Source: Patescibacteria group bacterium
Lineage (GTDB): Bacteria > Patescibacteriota > Patescibacteriia > JBDRGY01
Direction of reading: 5' to 3'
Assembly: GCA_043817315.1 (NCBI GenBank)
Contig: JBDRGY010000001.1
Coordinates: forward strand, 78,702 to 142,701
DNA: 64,000 nt
The position numbers and the translations under genes are program-made. Below the pieces are notes generated by a model, which had not been told where the DNA came from, did not search any database, and saw only the letters and a program-made list of their open reading frames with translations. Of the stretch, positions 26,801 to 34,977 are shown piece by piece; the first letter of the stretch is position 1; each line of letters opens with the position of its first letter.

Positions 26801-28232
26801 AATGTCTTCATATATATTTAATCTGGGAGATGACGGAATTTTTGGGACAGACGATGATTTGGGCGAGATTACCATTGACCGAATAAGCCTTGAGTCTGAA
26901 GATAATTATATACCTGTTGACTATAACATCGAAATATTTTCCGACAACCAATGGTCAGTAATTCTTGAAGTGGAAGGAAATAGTGATCCTCAAATATTGC
27001 ACTATTTACCTGAAATAGTTACTTTTAGTAAGGTTCGTTTCAATTTTACCGATACATATGATACGGAACCAGATCATGAAGAACTTAGAATTTATGACAT
27101 TGAATTACTTAATTCTGAGACCGGTAAACTTTATAGTGACCACGGCTATGTCAGTGCTTCTGCTGGAAATAACCCAAACTACATACATGAATCTTACGGC
27201 ACTGCTTTTTGGCAGGTTATTAATTCTGATCCGTTCTGGTTGGAAGTGCAATTTCGTGATATTGCAAATATTAACGATGAAATTACTCAAATTAACAGCG
27301 AGATCTACTTGAGTTTAAATGATATATTTGCAAATGTAGTTGTTGGAGAGAATCTTTTTGATAATCCGAATATCTACACTTATGACCTAGTATCCGGTAG
27401 CCTCAATCAAATCACTGCTAGGCCGATTAACCAACAGAGAATAAAAGTATGGGGAAACAAAATTGTTTATACAGGAGAAGGAGATTTAGAAGGAATATTT
27501 TTAACTGAATATTTTAGTTGTGATAATTCTAATCCGGCAGTTTGTGGTGAGGCATTTGGACCAGATTGCCAGGAGGTTGATCAGTTAATGTGCTGTGAGG
27601 ATGATACAGATGAAAATTATTTAAGTAGAGATTGTGCTGACTCATCAATCTTTGCTGACAGTTGCAGTGACGAAGAAAATGATAATGCTTGTTGCGACGA
27701 CTCAAAAGACTGTGTTTATAAAGGAATATGTTATACCAGAAACCGGGCAAATGATTTTCAGGAAAATGCCTGGGAGGGAACCAATGGTGCAGGAACGGTT
27801 GGATACTATAAATGTTTGAACACTCCTGGAATGATTTTTGATTGCGACCATGATCCATATGTTTGTGAGGAATACAATTGGGCCTGTAACGTTGATGAAA
27901 CAAGACCTTATGGAAGATCCGCCGGTTGGGCTTTTGAAGGCGAGGATCATACCTTTGGAGGTTACGGAGATTCCTGGGGAAGGGGAATTGGTGTTTGGGG
28001 TAGCTATGATCAAGGACCAAGCTCAGTAATTAATCATGAATTTGAAGAATGTTGTGGAGATGATGTTGGAGAATATTTAATTGGCAATATATGTTGTGAT
28101 TCACCAAACGATAGGATAGATAACAGCGGCAATTGTGTACCCCGGGGTAAGCCAAAAAGAATCCAGGAAATGAGTCTCCGTAATAATACATATTCGCAGC
28201 TTGGTATTAATGTTACCGCTGCCAAGTTTTAA
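23862..28232 (+). CDS. Giant surface protein of 1456 aa. It has a TM anchor, a peptidase C25 (gingipain-like, clan CD) domain, six or more tandem repeats of about 45 aa (YGNKIVW...GxDGxFGTxDD), a Cys-rich region and the tail GINVTAAKF.
   Basis: The FFVHHGHGWPYGW His block and the LPVVFSMSCSTAKID Cys block are spaced as in clan-CD peptidases. Repeats seen directly: YDNKLVW, YGNKIVW (twice), FGNKIVW, RDNKILW and YGKKILM. C-terminal region with CCDD, CCED and CCGDD. Confidence 0.55.
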   Translation: MSGKYMTKIQTKNKIKLSIKILMAISASALVLSAGFAIFRFQTIKQSGITSGEYIFETKITDLSRKTVTDPEGNNYIFIQSPESSYLNEAGKPKVPVQNYKVEIPKDAKNLKIEVVNSIDEQERIDAHYYPAEELVQKSIDENVEYIDEEFYIDNNFYDEYQEIYPKNPVVIGQTGKMREVNFVEILFYPLQYKPSDKTLVTNRKLTAKLTYTSENGKETISLPSSFKSIGKGILNHEEEVDAPATSRLGAVIYPTDLASSSNVANYLIITADLFYDNIPDNDDPIEQLVEHRSEISNYDVAVVQLSDIVASYGASIPIHPDLIDTDDDLDLKIKNFIKYAYENWNSGQPDLEYILMVGDAAPETEEFFLPMHLSTIESYGERILTDHWYICINDDQASPQIDDMDVIGDIILGRFSVQTETDLSTVVNKTINYELNPPPDNDWGNRTLLTSGFEEGDGGLPIIRDEILIPNGLEANEVYADDYTDYQLAINDILANINYGHSFFVHHGHGWPYGWQIGDVYSITTDDIGNLSNDNRLPVVFSMSCSTAKIDSDDPSLAETFVNGIEGSIAFFGATRIADSSGFSLAIYTMQQIFEEGEYRLGASILKAKSFSNSGLVYNLFGDPALDLSQSILSSDKPDFRTTLEGFDYSGENVTFFATIYNKGLTAGENVKAELFIGHPELGGTVIDDSTTFHTIPALSNLPIEITIPLQEGWDHGYSTELYLVIDSQNEIEELSEHNNISNQLAFFLNFLPNYYIGGGYGPSIYDNKLVWTENHDGIFSSINMFDLGNDGKYGTADDSGVIQITEDNRNSYHPSIYGNKIVWYGDTNDGQLGISLYNLGQDGLFGTSDDSGVITIAQGGDKKYPKIFGNKIVWQKADSYDYLYIFDLGNDGVYGTSDDRGPSRISSFPLDYSDSFSFRDNKILWSSLNYPDDMIEDVFLYDLGDDGIFGTNDDIKDVQITNNNMNASKPNLYGKKILMSSYIFNLGDDGIFGTDDDLGEITIDRISLESEDNYIPVDYNIEIFSDNQWSVILEVEGNSDPQILHYLPEIVTFSKVRFNFTDTYDTEPDHEELRIYDIELLNSETGKLYSDHGYVSASAGNNPNYIHESYGTAFWQVINSDPFWLEVQFRDIANINDEITQINSEIYLSLNDIFANVVVGENLFDNPNIYTYDLVSGSLNQITARPINQQRIKVWGNKIVYTGEGDLEGIFLTEYFSCDNSNPAVCGEAFGPDCQEVDQLMCCEDDTDENYLSRDCADSSIFADSCSDEENDNACCDDSKDCVYKGICYTRNRANDFQENAWEGTNGAGTVGYYKCLNTPGMIFDCDHDPYVCEEYNWACNVDETRPYGRSAGWAFEGEDHTFGGYGDSWGRGIGVWGSYDQGPSSVINHEFEECCGDDVGEYLIGNICCDSPNDRIDNSGNCVPRGKPKRIQEMSLRNNTYSQLGINVTAAKF

Positions 28233-28243
28233 TTAAATGAAAT

Positions 28244-28279
28244 AAACAGGCCAATGTATTGACAAAAGCCTGTTTTTTT
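28244..28279 (+). terminator. Intrinsic terminator after the 23862 gene: AAACAGGC-loop(16 nt)-GCCTGTTT followed by TTTTTTT.
   Basis: 8-bp GC-containing stem plus a 7-T tract directly downstream of the stop at 28232. The loop is long and contains a -35 box. Confidence 0.45.
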
Positions 28280-28287
28280 GATATAAT
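28259..28287 (+). promoter_or_regulatory. Perfect-consensus sigma70 promoter TTGACA-17-TATAAT for the second giant-gene operon (28317-41422). It is embedded in the upstream terminator.
   Basis: ttgacaaaagcctgtttttttgatataat, with -35 at 28259-28264 and -10 at 28282-28287. The ATG is at 28317. Confidence 0.6.
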
Positions 28288-28316
28288 AAGGGTGTTCTCT
28301 ACTCTTAAACATAGCA

Positions 28317-31300
28317 ATGATTAAAAGGTCGCTTAACTATACCTTGATTATTTTGGCAATTCTTTGGACTGGAGTTGCCATTTTTTATTTTACCGATAAT
28401 ATTGCGGTCCAAGCAGCTGGCAACACTTATTATGTAAAAACCGATGGTAGTAATAGCAACAGTGGTATTTCCTGGAATCAAGCCTGGGCTTCTATTGAGT
28501 ACGGTATGAATCATATTAGTGGCGGTGACACCTTGTTAGTGGCTGATGGGGATTATTATGAAGCCGACTCCAGTCATGACTGGGGTATCGGTAACGGCAC
28601 TCCTTCCGGACCCAGTCCCGATCAACACACTATCATCAAAGCGGACGGTGACAGTGTCCACGTTTATAACAGCGATCAGCACGGTTTCTATCTGATCTCC
28701 AGCCCCAAACAAAATATTACCATTGACGGCTTTAACATTCATAACGATAATGGTGTCTGTATTTTTTTTAATTCCAGCAGTTCCCGCAACATCACCATTA
28801 AAAACAATAATTGTACCAGTGTAGGGGAGGTGATGAGGGGATCAATCAGCTTTGCTGACTATACGGGAACTGAATCCAGGAATTTACTGATTGAAAATAA
28901 TCAGATCAGAAACGGTTCTATTGGTATTGCCTCGGGCTCAACAGATTGCCAGGTTTTAAACAATACGATCATTCAGGATTATCCTGATCAGACCACTTAT
29001 GGAATTTCCATTGGTGGAACCTGGCCCGATTACTTAACTGAAGATATCTTAGTCAGCGGTAATACGATTATTAATATCAGAGGCAGCTCCGGTCATTCCG
29101 CCTCGGTCAGCCGGGCCCGTAATGTGACCTTCTCCTATAACACCTGGTATTTCCCGGTGGAAGCCATTATTTTCTGGCCAGATCCTTTGGTAGAAAATAT
29201 TTATGTTGACCACAATACCATTGTCGATGTCAGATCGGTTACTTTCACTTTGCCTTATCACGCTTCTGGGCACACCGGCATTGGAGACAATATTAGAATT
29301 ACCAATAATTTAATTGCCACTAGCCAAGATTGTGAATACCAAGGTGGAGCTGCTTTCCCCTTGGAAAATTTTCATGAGGATTATAACTATTACTATTCAC
29401 CACAAACAGTTGTTATTGATCACGAAGCCTGTCGGGCTGTTAATAGCGGCCAAAGATATTGCCCCACCATTGCTGATTGGCAGGAGGCAACAGAACTGGC
29501 GGGGCATCCCCTGGGTATTAATTCAGTAGATGATAATAGTGGTGGTACTAAATACGATATTTTTGAGGACCCGGAAAACTACGACTTTACTCCCAAAGCA
29601 GATTCTTGGATTTGTAATCCCGACAATTACGGTTCTGACGGGGAGCCGATTGGAGCCTGGCCCTGTGAAGGCGGTTCGCCCCCACCACAATGTACTGATA
29701 GCGACGGCGACGGTTATGGCGATCCGGCCAGTTCCGCTTGCGAATACTCTGAGTTGGATTGTGATGATGGAAATGGGAATATCAATCCGGGGCAAAGCGA
29801 AATTTGCGATGACGAAATTGATAATAATTGCGACACCAAAATTGATTGTATTGATCAAGAGTGTGCCAACGCTGAGCCTTGTGTTAACAGTGAAACCAGC
29901 GCTGTAACTTCATCTGATTTTTATGCTGATGAGCCAACTTTAAAATCGTTGGGTTTCAGATGGTATGTAGAAGGAGACGAGGACAATGATGCTCAAGTGC
30001 AGGTTCAGTATAAAAGATCGGTTGACAGCCAATACAAGCAAGCCCTGGAAATGAAAAGGATTAATAATGATGCCTGTGGTTATCATACCGAGATGTGGAC
30101 CACAGGTAATTTATTTGCCGGCAGTGTACTCAACCTCGAACCAGGCACTTCCTATGATGTCAGGTTTACCATGAGTGATCCTGATGGTGTTAGTGGCGAT
30201 ATAGTAAAGAATGCGACTGTCAGTACCAGATCGGAACCGCCGCGGCACCAGGGTAATAATACTATTGATGTTTATCCAGGAGATTCGCTGCTGACAGCTG
30301 CCCAAAATGCCCAACCGGGAGATGTCATCTTATTACATGAGGGAGTGCATGATTACAGCAGCGGGGGGACTATGAACCTAGGTTCAGTTCTATCTGGCAA
30401 GCAAACTAGCGAAGAGAATCCGATTGTAATTAGGGGAGTGGATAAGGATACGGTAATCGTTAACGGCCCTCACGGTAGTTCTTCGGCAAACTGCGTCCAG
30501 TCATTGATCAGATTTATAAATTTAGGCTCAAGTGACTATATTCATTTGGAAGACTTTACCATCAGGAATGCCTGTGTAGCTGTTATTGCCGAAAACGCCA
30601 AAAACCTGGTGGTCCGCAATATGAATTTTTTGGACGTTTGGGGTGGAGTCTGGGGACGAGTCAATTGGTACGGGCCCAATAATCCTTGGCAAGGAGACGA
30701 TGAAAACTGGTTTATAGTTGATAATGTCATTATCGGCAAAACAAACCCTTGGTTTCCCAGGAGCAGTGCCTACGGTAATAACGGAGGAGTCAGGGTCTAC
30801 GGTAAAGGCCACGTGGTCGCTTACAACACTATTAGTAACTTTTGGGACGGCATTACTTTACTAAACGATTATGATAGTGACATTCCAGATTCTTTCAGGC
30901 AAGATCCGGGACAACGATCTGTCGATTTTCATAACAATGAAATTTCTAACTGCATGGATGATGGAATAGAAACGGATTATGGATTTCAAAATATTCGAGT
31001 GTTCGAAAACAGAATCACTAATGCTCACGCCGGCATTACCGCCCAACCTGTTTTTGGAGGCCCGGTTTACATTTTTAAAAATGCCATTTACAACACCAAT
31101 GGAGTCAGTGGCTTTAAATTTCACAATAACCCCTCCGGCCTAGAGATTTTTCACAACACCTTGGCTGGGCATTGGTATTGGGGTTCGGACTGGGGTTGGA
31201 AAAATGTCAGGATGTACAACAATCTGATTTTTGGCGATGAAAATTCCGGAGGTCCGAAAGTCCGAACTGGTTCGCCACCTTCAGATACCAGGACCAAAAT

Positions 31301-31847
31301 TGATTATAACGGCTATAATCCCAATTCAGGAGATGTTATCAGATGGTGCAAGGATTTCAACGTAATCGAAGGCCAGGGTTGCAGTCCCTGGAGTTATTAT
31401 TCTTCATTAAGCGAATTCTATGGTGACACCGGGTTTGAGCAGCACGGGAAGACCTACAATTATAATGTTTTTGAAAATGCTAATGTTCCTCAGGGCACCT
31501 GGACGTATACGCCAGGCGAAAAAGATTTAACTCTGGATAATTCTGTTAATCCCAATCCCATAGACCAGGGATTGGTTTTGCCCAACATCAATGAAGATTT
31601 CTCCGGCAGTGCTCCGGATCTGGGAGCCTACGAATCTGGTCAGGACCTTCCTCAACTCGGACCGCGAGCAGACGAAGATTGTACGGAAAACTGGCAGTGC
31701 GCTGACTGGTCCGAGTGTTTAGAGGGTCAGCAAACCAGAGAATGTGTCGATACAAACAATTGTGGTACTTACGTCAATCAACCTGATTTGACCAGGGATT
31801 GTGATTCCACCCCGCCGCTCTCCGTCAGTAATCTAACAGCAATTTAA
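28317..31847 (+). CDS. Giant surface protein of 1176 aa. It has a TM anchor, an N-terminal beta-helix domain, one MopE-like DGDGYG Cys repeat, an FN3-like segment, a second beta-helix region and the C-terminal 4-Cys module.
   Basis: AAGNTYYVKTDGSNSNSGISWNQAW...GDTLLVADGDYYE. CTDSDGDGYGDPASSACEYSELDCDDGNGNINPGQSEICDDEIDNNCD. Later repeats NNEISN, ENRITN, KNAIYN and HNTLAG. Ends NWQCADWSECLEGQQTRECVDTNNCGT...SVSNLTAI. Confidence 0.7.
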   Translation: MIKRSLNYTLIILAILWTGVAIFYFTDNIAVQAAGNTYYVKTDGSNSNSGISWNQAWASIEYGMNHISGGDTLLVADGDYYEADSSHDWGIGNGTPSGPSPDQHTIIKADGDSVHVYNSDQHGFYLISSPKQNITIDGFNIHNDNGVCIFFNSSSSRNITIKNNNCTSVGEVMRGSISFADYTGTESRNLLIENNQIRNGSIGIASGSTDCQVLNNTIIQDYPDQTTYGISIGGTWPDYLTEDILVSGNTIINIRGSSGHSASVSRARNVTFSYNTWYFPVEAIIFWPDPLVENIYVDHNTIVDVRSVTFTLPYHASGHTGIGDNIRITNNLIATSQDCEYQGGAAFPLENFHEDYNYYYSPQTVVIDHEACRAVNSGQRYCPTIADWQEATELAGHPLGINSVDDNSGGTKYDIFEDPENYDFTPKADSWICNPDNYGSDGEPIGAWPCEGGSPPPQCTDSDGDGYGDPASSACEYSELDCDDGNGNINPGQSEICDDEIDNNCDTKIDCIDQECANAEPCVNSETSAVTSSDFYADEPTLKSLGFRWYVEGDEDNDAQVQVQYKRSVDSQYKQALEMKRINNDACGYHTEMWTTGNLFAGSVLNLEPGTSYDVRFTMSDPDGVSGDIVKNATVSTRSEPPRHQGNNTIDVYPGDSLLTAAQNAQPGDVILLHEGVHDYSSGGTMNLGSVLSGKQTSEENPIVIRGVDKDTVIVNGPHGSSSANCVQSLIRFINLGSSDYIHLEDFTIRNACVAVIAENAKNLVVRNMNFLDVWGGVWGRVNWYGPNNPWQGDDENWFIVDNVIIGKTNPWFPRSSAYGNNGGVRVYGKGHVVAYNTISNFWDGITLLNDYDSDIPDSFRQDPGQRSVDFHNNEISNCMDDGIETDYGFQNIRVFENRITNAHAGITAQPVFGGPVYIFKNAIYNTNGVSGFKFHNNPSGLEIFHNTLAGHWYWGSDWGWKNVRMYNNLIFGDENSGGPKVRTGSPPSDTRTKIDYNGYNPNSGDVIRWCKDFNVIEGQGCSPWSYYSSLSEFYGDTGFEQHGKTYNYNVFENANVPQGTWTYTPGEKDLTLDNSVNPNPIDQGLVLPNINEDFSGSAPDLGAYESGQDLPQLGPRADEDCTENWQCADWSECLEGQQTRECVDTNNCGTYVNQPDLTRDCDSTPPLSVSNLTAI

Positions 31848-31849
31848 AT

Positions 31850-34800
31850 ATGGCCCAAAAGACTAATAAATTAATTCAAGTGTCAATTCTAACAGCCGTA
31901 ATTATTATTGGCTGTTTTCTTGTCCTGATGAATGAAAGAGATCAAAAAACTGGAGCCAGGGCCGTTGGAAATACCTACTACGTTAAAACCGATGGCAGCA
32001 ACGGTAACAGTGGCACCTCTTGGGATCAAGCCTGGAGTTCAATCGAATATGGGATAAATAACATTAGCGGAGGGGACACGCTCTTGGTAGCAGACGGTGA
32101 TTATTATGAGACAGAAGCCGGGAATGACGGTCGAGGAATCGGCGTTTATACCAAAGCGGGAATAGACCAAGATTACCCCACGGTCATAAAAGCAGCCGGG
32201 AATAATGTTCATATGTACACCAGCGACGCTCACGGATTCTATTTTTTATCAGGGCTCAAGAATTACATCACTCTAGAAGGATTTAACATTCACAATGAAA
32301 ACGGTTCATGTATTTGGGTAAATAAGGGAAGTTCTTCTTATATCACCATCAAGAATAATAAGTGCCTAGAACGAGGTGAAGTAAAAATCTCGTCAGGCGG
32401 GGAACGTAACTCTCATCATCATATTATCGAAGGTAACTACATAAAAGATTCAGGGATCAGTATAGAAGCCGGTAACTATGAGGTTCAGATTATTAATAAT
32501 GTAATAGAAAGAGTTAGTGATTCCGGAGGGAGTATAGGGATTTCTGTGGGCGGTCCAGGTGTAGCGATTACCTATCAGGTAGAGAATGTTTTGGTGCACG
32601 GTAACACATTAATCAATAGAACAAACTACGGCAGTCACGCTGGATCGATAAAAAATGGCAAGAACATAACTTTTTCCCATAACATTTGGTACCACACTTA
32701 TGATGCCATTGCTATCTGGTCCAGAGATTATACCGAGGACGTTTATATCGATCATAATACTTTAGTCTATTCTGGAAAAGCAACGTTTTTTCCTGATACT
32801 GATTCTTACGATCAAGATTGGTATCGTTTTTACAATCTCAATTTCACTAATAATTTGTACGCCAAATCCGCCCATAATAAATTCAGAGGCGACGACTTTT
32901 TTCCTTTAGAAGAACTGTATTCTGATTATAACTATTATTTTCACCCGGAAACCCACGACAGCGGTTGGCAGGTAATTGATACTCACATCATCCGTCATAA
33001 CAACTGTCCAAGCAGCAAGTGTAATACGATAGAGCAATGGAGAGCAGCTACTGCCGGACATCCTGATTACCCGGGTGGGCTGGGGGCCCATTCAGAAGAT
33101 GAGCATGATGCTGGATTGGACCTCTATGATTTATTTGTTGATCCTGATAATTACGACTTTACTCCCAAGTCTGATTCTTGGATATGTAATCCGGACAATT
33201 ACGGATCAGACGGACAGCCTATCGGAGCTTTGCCTTGCCCTGGTTCCCAACCGCCATCCTGCAATGATGATGACGGTGACGGCTATGGCAGCCCGGCCAG
33301 TGCCAGCTGCGATCATCCAGGGCTTGATTGTAATGATAACAACGGCAATGCTTGGCAGAATCTAACGGGCTATCCTGATGTTGATGAGGATACTTATTAT
33401 TCAGAGGATTCGATCCAAGTTTGCTCGGGCAACAGCCTGCCTGCTGGTTACGCAGTGTCCCAGGGCAATGATTGTGATGACTCTAATTCTAATATCAATC
33501 CGGGAACCACTGAAGTATGTACTGGCAATAAAGATGATGATTGTGATGGCTCTGTTGATTGTGACGATTCGGACTGTCAAAATGATCCTGATTGCCAAGC
33601 TCCAGGAGGGTCAGGGGAGTCTTATCAAGGATTCGGGGCAGTGACCTCAGGCGGAGAAGGGCAAACTGAATATCATGTTACCACTCTAGCTAATAGTGGA
33701 GCTGGCTCATTAAGAAGTCTTTTGGAAGGAGGGGCTTCCAATAGATATATTATTTTTGATGTTGCCGGAACAATTTTCTTAGATACCCAATTAGTCGTAT
33801 CGGGCCATCACATTACCATCAACGGATCATCGGCTCCGAGTAGCGGCATTATGATTCAGGCTGGTAACAATAGTTATAACGATGCCCTGCTGGGAATACA
33901 AGGTCACGACATTATCATTAATAATATCCACGTCAGAGACAACAGGACCGGAGTGCCATCAGACAATTCAGCTGACAACATCAGAGTTATCGGATCAGGG
34001 GCCTACAACTTAATATTTGACCACATCTCCTCGTTGGATAGTAACGATGGAAATCTAGACCTGACACAAGGAGTCCATGATATTACTGTCCAGTACTCTC
34101 TTTTGGGCAATAACGTCAAAAACCAGTTGATTAAATACCCCGAATCAGCTGGACCCTATAATCTTTCTTTGCATCACAATCTTTATATCACCAGCACCGA
34201 AAGACAGCCCCTGCTTTTTAATGTTAACCTGTTCGATTTTGTTAATAATGTGGTTTACGATTGGGCCAACGCTGGCTCAACCCTGGAAAATGGATCTCAA
34301 GGGAATTTCATTAAAAACTATTATTTGAGTACCAGGGCCAGTAAGGACTACAAAGCAGTTTGGGACAAAACCGGAACTAACTATGTTTATATGGAAGATA
34401 ATTTCATTCCGGCGGCCTGTACCACTTCTACTAATCATGCCGAATATCAGGCCCCAGATGTCACCACTACTAGTTACCAACAGGCAGCGGTGGAGGTGAC
34501 CAATCAAGTCGGCGCCTTACCCCGCACAGCTCATGAACAGTCTTTAATCGATACTTTTGCCGATGAGTTTCCCAGTTGTGATAATAACTCAGCTCTCAGT
34601 GAAATCTGCCAATGCGGCAGTGGGATGGCTTACCAGGGGTATTGCTGCTCTGGAGTTTGGCAATCTGTTCCCTGTGGTGAATGTCAAGAAGACTGGGAAT
34701 GCACTGATTGGTCAGATTGTATCGAGGGGCAACAGACCAGAGAATGTACTGATTTAAATTCTTGCGGTACAGAAATAAATAAACCGCCAGAACTGCAAGA

Positions 34801-34975
34801 TTGCGAATGCGAAGAAATTTGGCAGTGTACTGATTGGTCAGAATGTATAAATAACCAGCAAACCAGAGAATGTGTCGATATTGACAATTGTGGTACTTAC
34901 GTCAATCAACCTGATTTGACCAGGGATTGTGATTCCACCCCGCCGCTCTCCGTCAGTAATCTAACAGCAATTTAA
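31850..34975 (+). CDS. Giant surface protein of 1041 aa. It has a TM anchor, a beta-helix domain, MopE-like Cys repeats, a pectate-lyase (PL1)-like domain and two C-terminal 4-Cys modules. It is a paralog of the 28317 and 34978 proteins.
   Basis: N-terminus almost identical to the 28317 protein (VGNTYYVKTDGSNGNSGTSWDQAW). PL1 motifs GSLRSLL, IIFDVAGTI, HHITINGSS, NLIFDHISSLDSNDGNLDL and HHNLYITSTERQPLLFNVNLFDFVNN. Its last 40 codons are identical to those of the 28317 gene. Confidence 0.7.
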   Translation: MAQKTNKLIQVSILTAVIIIGCFLVLMNERDQKTGARAVGNTYYVKTDGSNGNSGTSWDQAWSSIEYGINNISGGDTLLVADGDYYETEAGNDGRGIGVYTKAGIDQDYPTVIKAAGNNVHMYTSDAHGFYFLSGLKNYITLEGFNIHNENGSCIWVNKGSSSYITIKNNKCLERGEVKISSGGERNSHHHIIEGNYIKDSGISIEAGNYEVQIINNVIERVSDSGGSIGISVGGPGVAITYQVENVLVHGNTLINRTNYGSHAGSIKNGKNITFSHNIWYHTYDAIAIWSRDYTEDVYIDHNTLVYSGKATFFPDTDSYDQDWYRFYNLNFTNNLYAKSAHNKFRGDDFFPLEELYSDYNYYFHPETHDSGWQVIDTHIIRHNNCPSSKCNTIEQWRAATAGHPDYPGGLGAHSEDEHDAGLDLYDLFVDPDNYDFTPKSDSWICNPDNYGSDGQPIGALPCPGSQPPSCNDDDGDGYGSPASASCDHPGLDCNDNNGNAWQNLTGYPDVDEDTYYSEDSIQVCSGNSLPAGYAVSQGNDCDDSNSNINPGTTEVCTGNKDDDCDGSVDCDDSDCQNDPDCQAPGGSGESYQGFGAVTSGGEGQTEYHVTTLANSGAGSLRSLLEGGASNRYIIFDVAGTIFLDTQLVVSGHHITINGSSAPSSGIMIQAGNNSYNDALLGIQGHDIIINNIHVRDNRTGVPSDNSADNIRVIGSGAYNLIFDHISSLDSNDGNLDLTQGVHDITVQYSLLGNNVKNQLIKYPESAGPYNLSLHHNLYITSTERQPLLFNVNLFDFVNNVVYDWANAGSTLENGSQGNFIKNYYLSTRASKDYKAVWDKTGTNYVYMEDNFIPAACTTSTNHAEYQAPDVTTTSYQQAAVEVTNQVGALPRTAHEQSLIDTFADEFPSCDNNSALSEICQCGSGMAYQGYCCSGVWQSVPCGECQEDWECTDWSDCIEGQQTRECTDLNSCGTEINKPPELQDCECEEIWQCTDWSECINNQQTRECVDIDNCGTYVNQPDLTRDCDSTPPLSVSNLTAI

Positions 34976-34977
34976 AT

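Noticed and set aside
34684-34887. Minus-strand ORFs inside the giant genes with repetitive HSDQSVHCQ-like peptides (also 21935-22144, 18795-19091, 40228-40497 and others).
   Set aside because: They are the reverse-complement shadow of the CTDWSEC...QTRxC modules and of the (PTE)n repeat on the coding strand. They have no independent start signals and are antisense to confidently coding giant genes.
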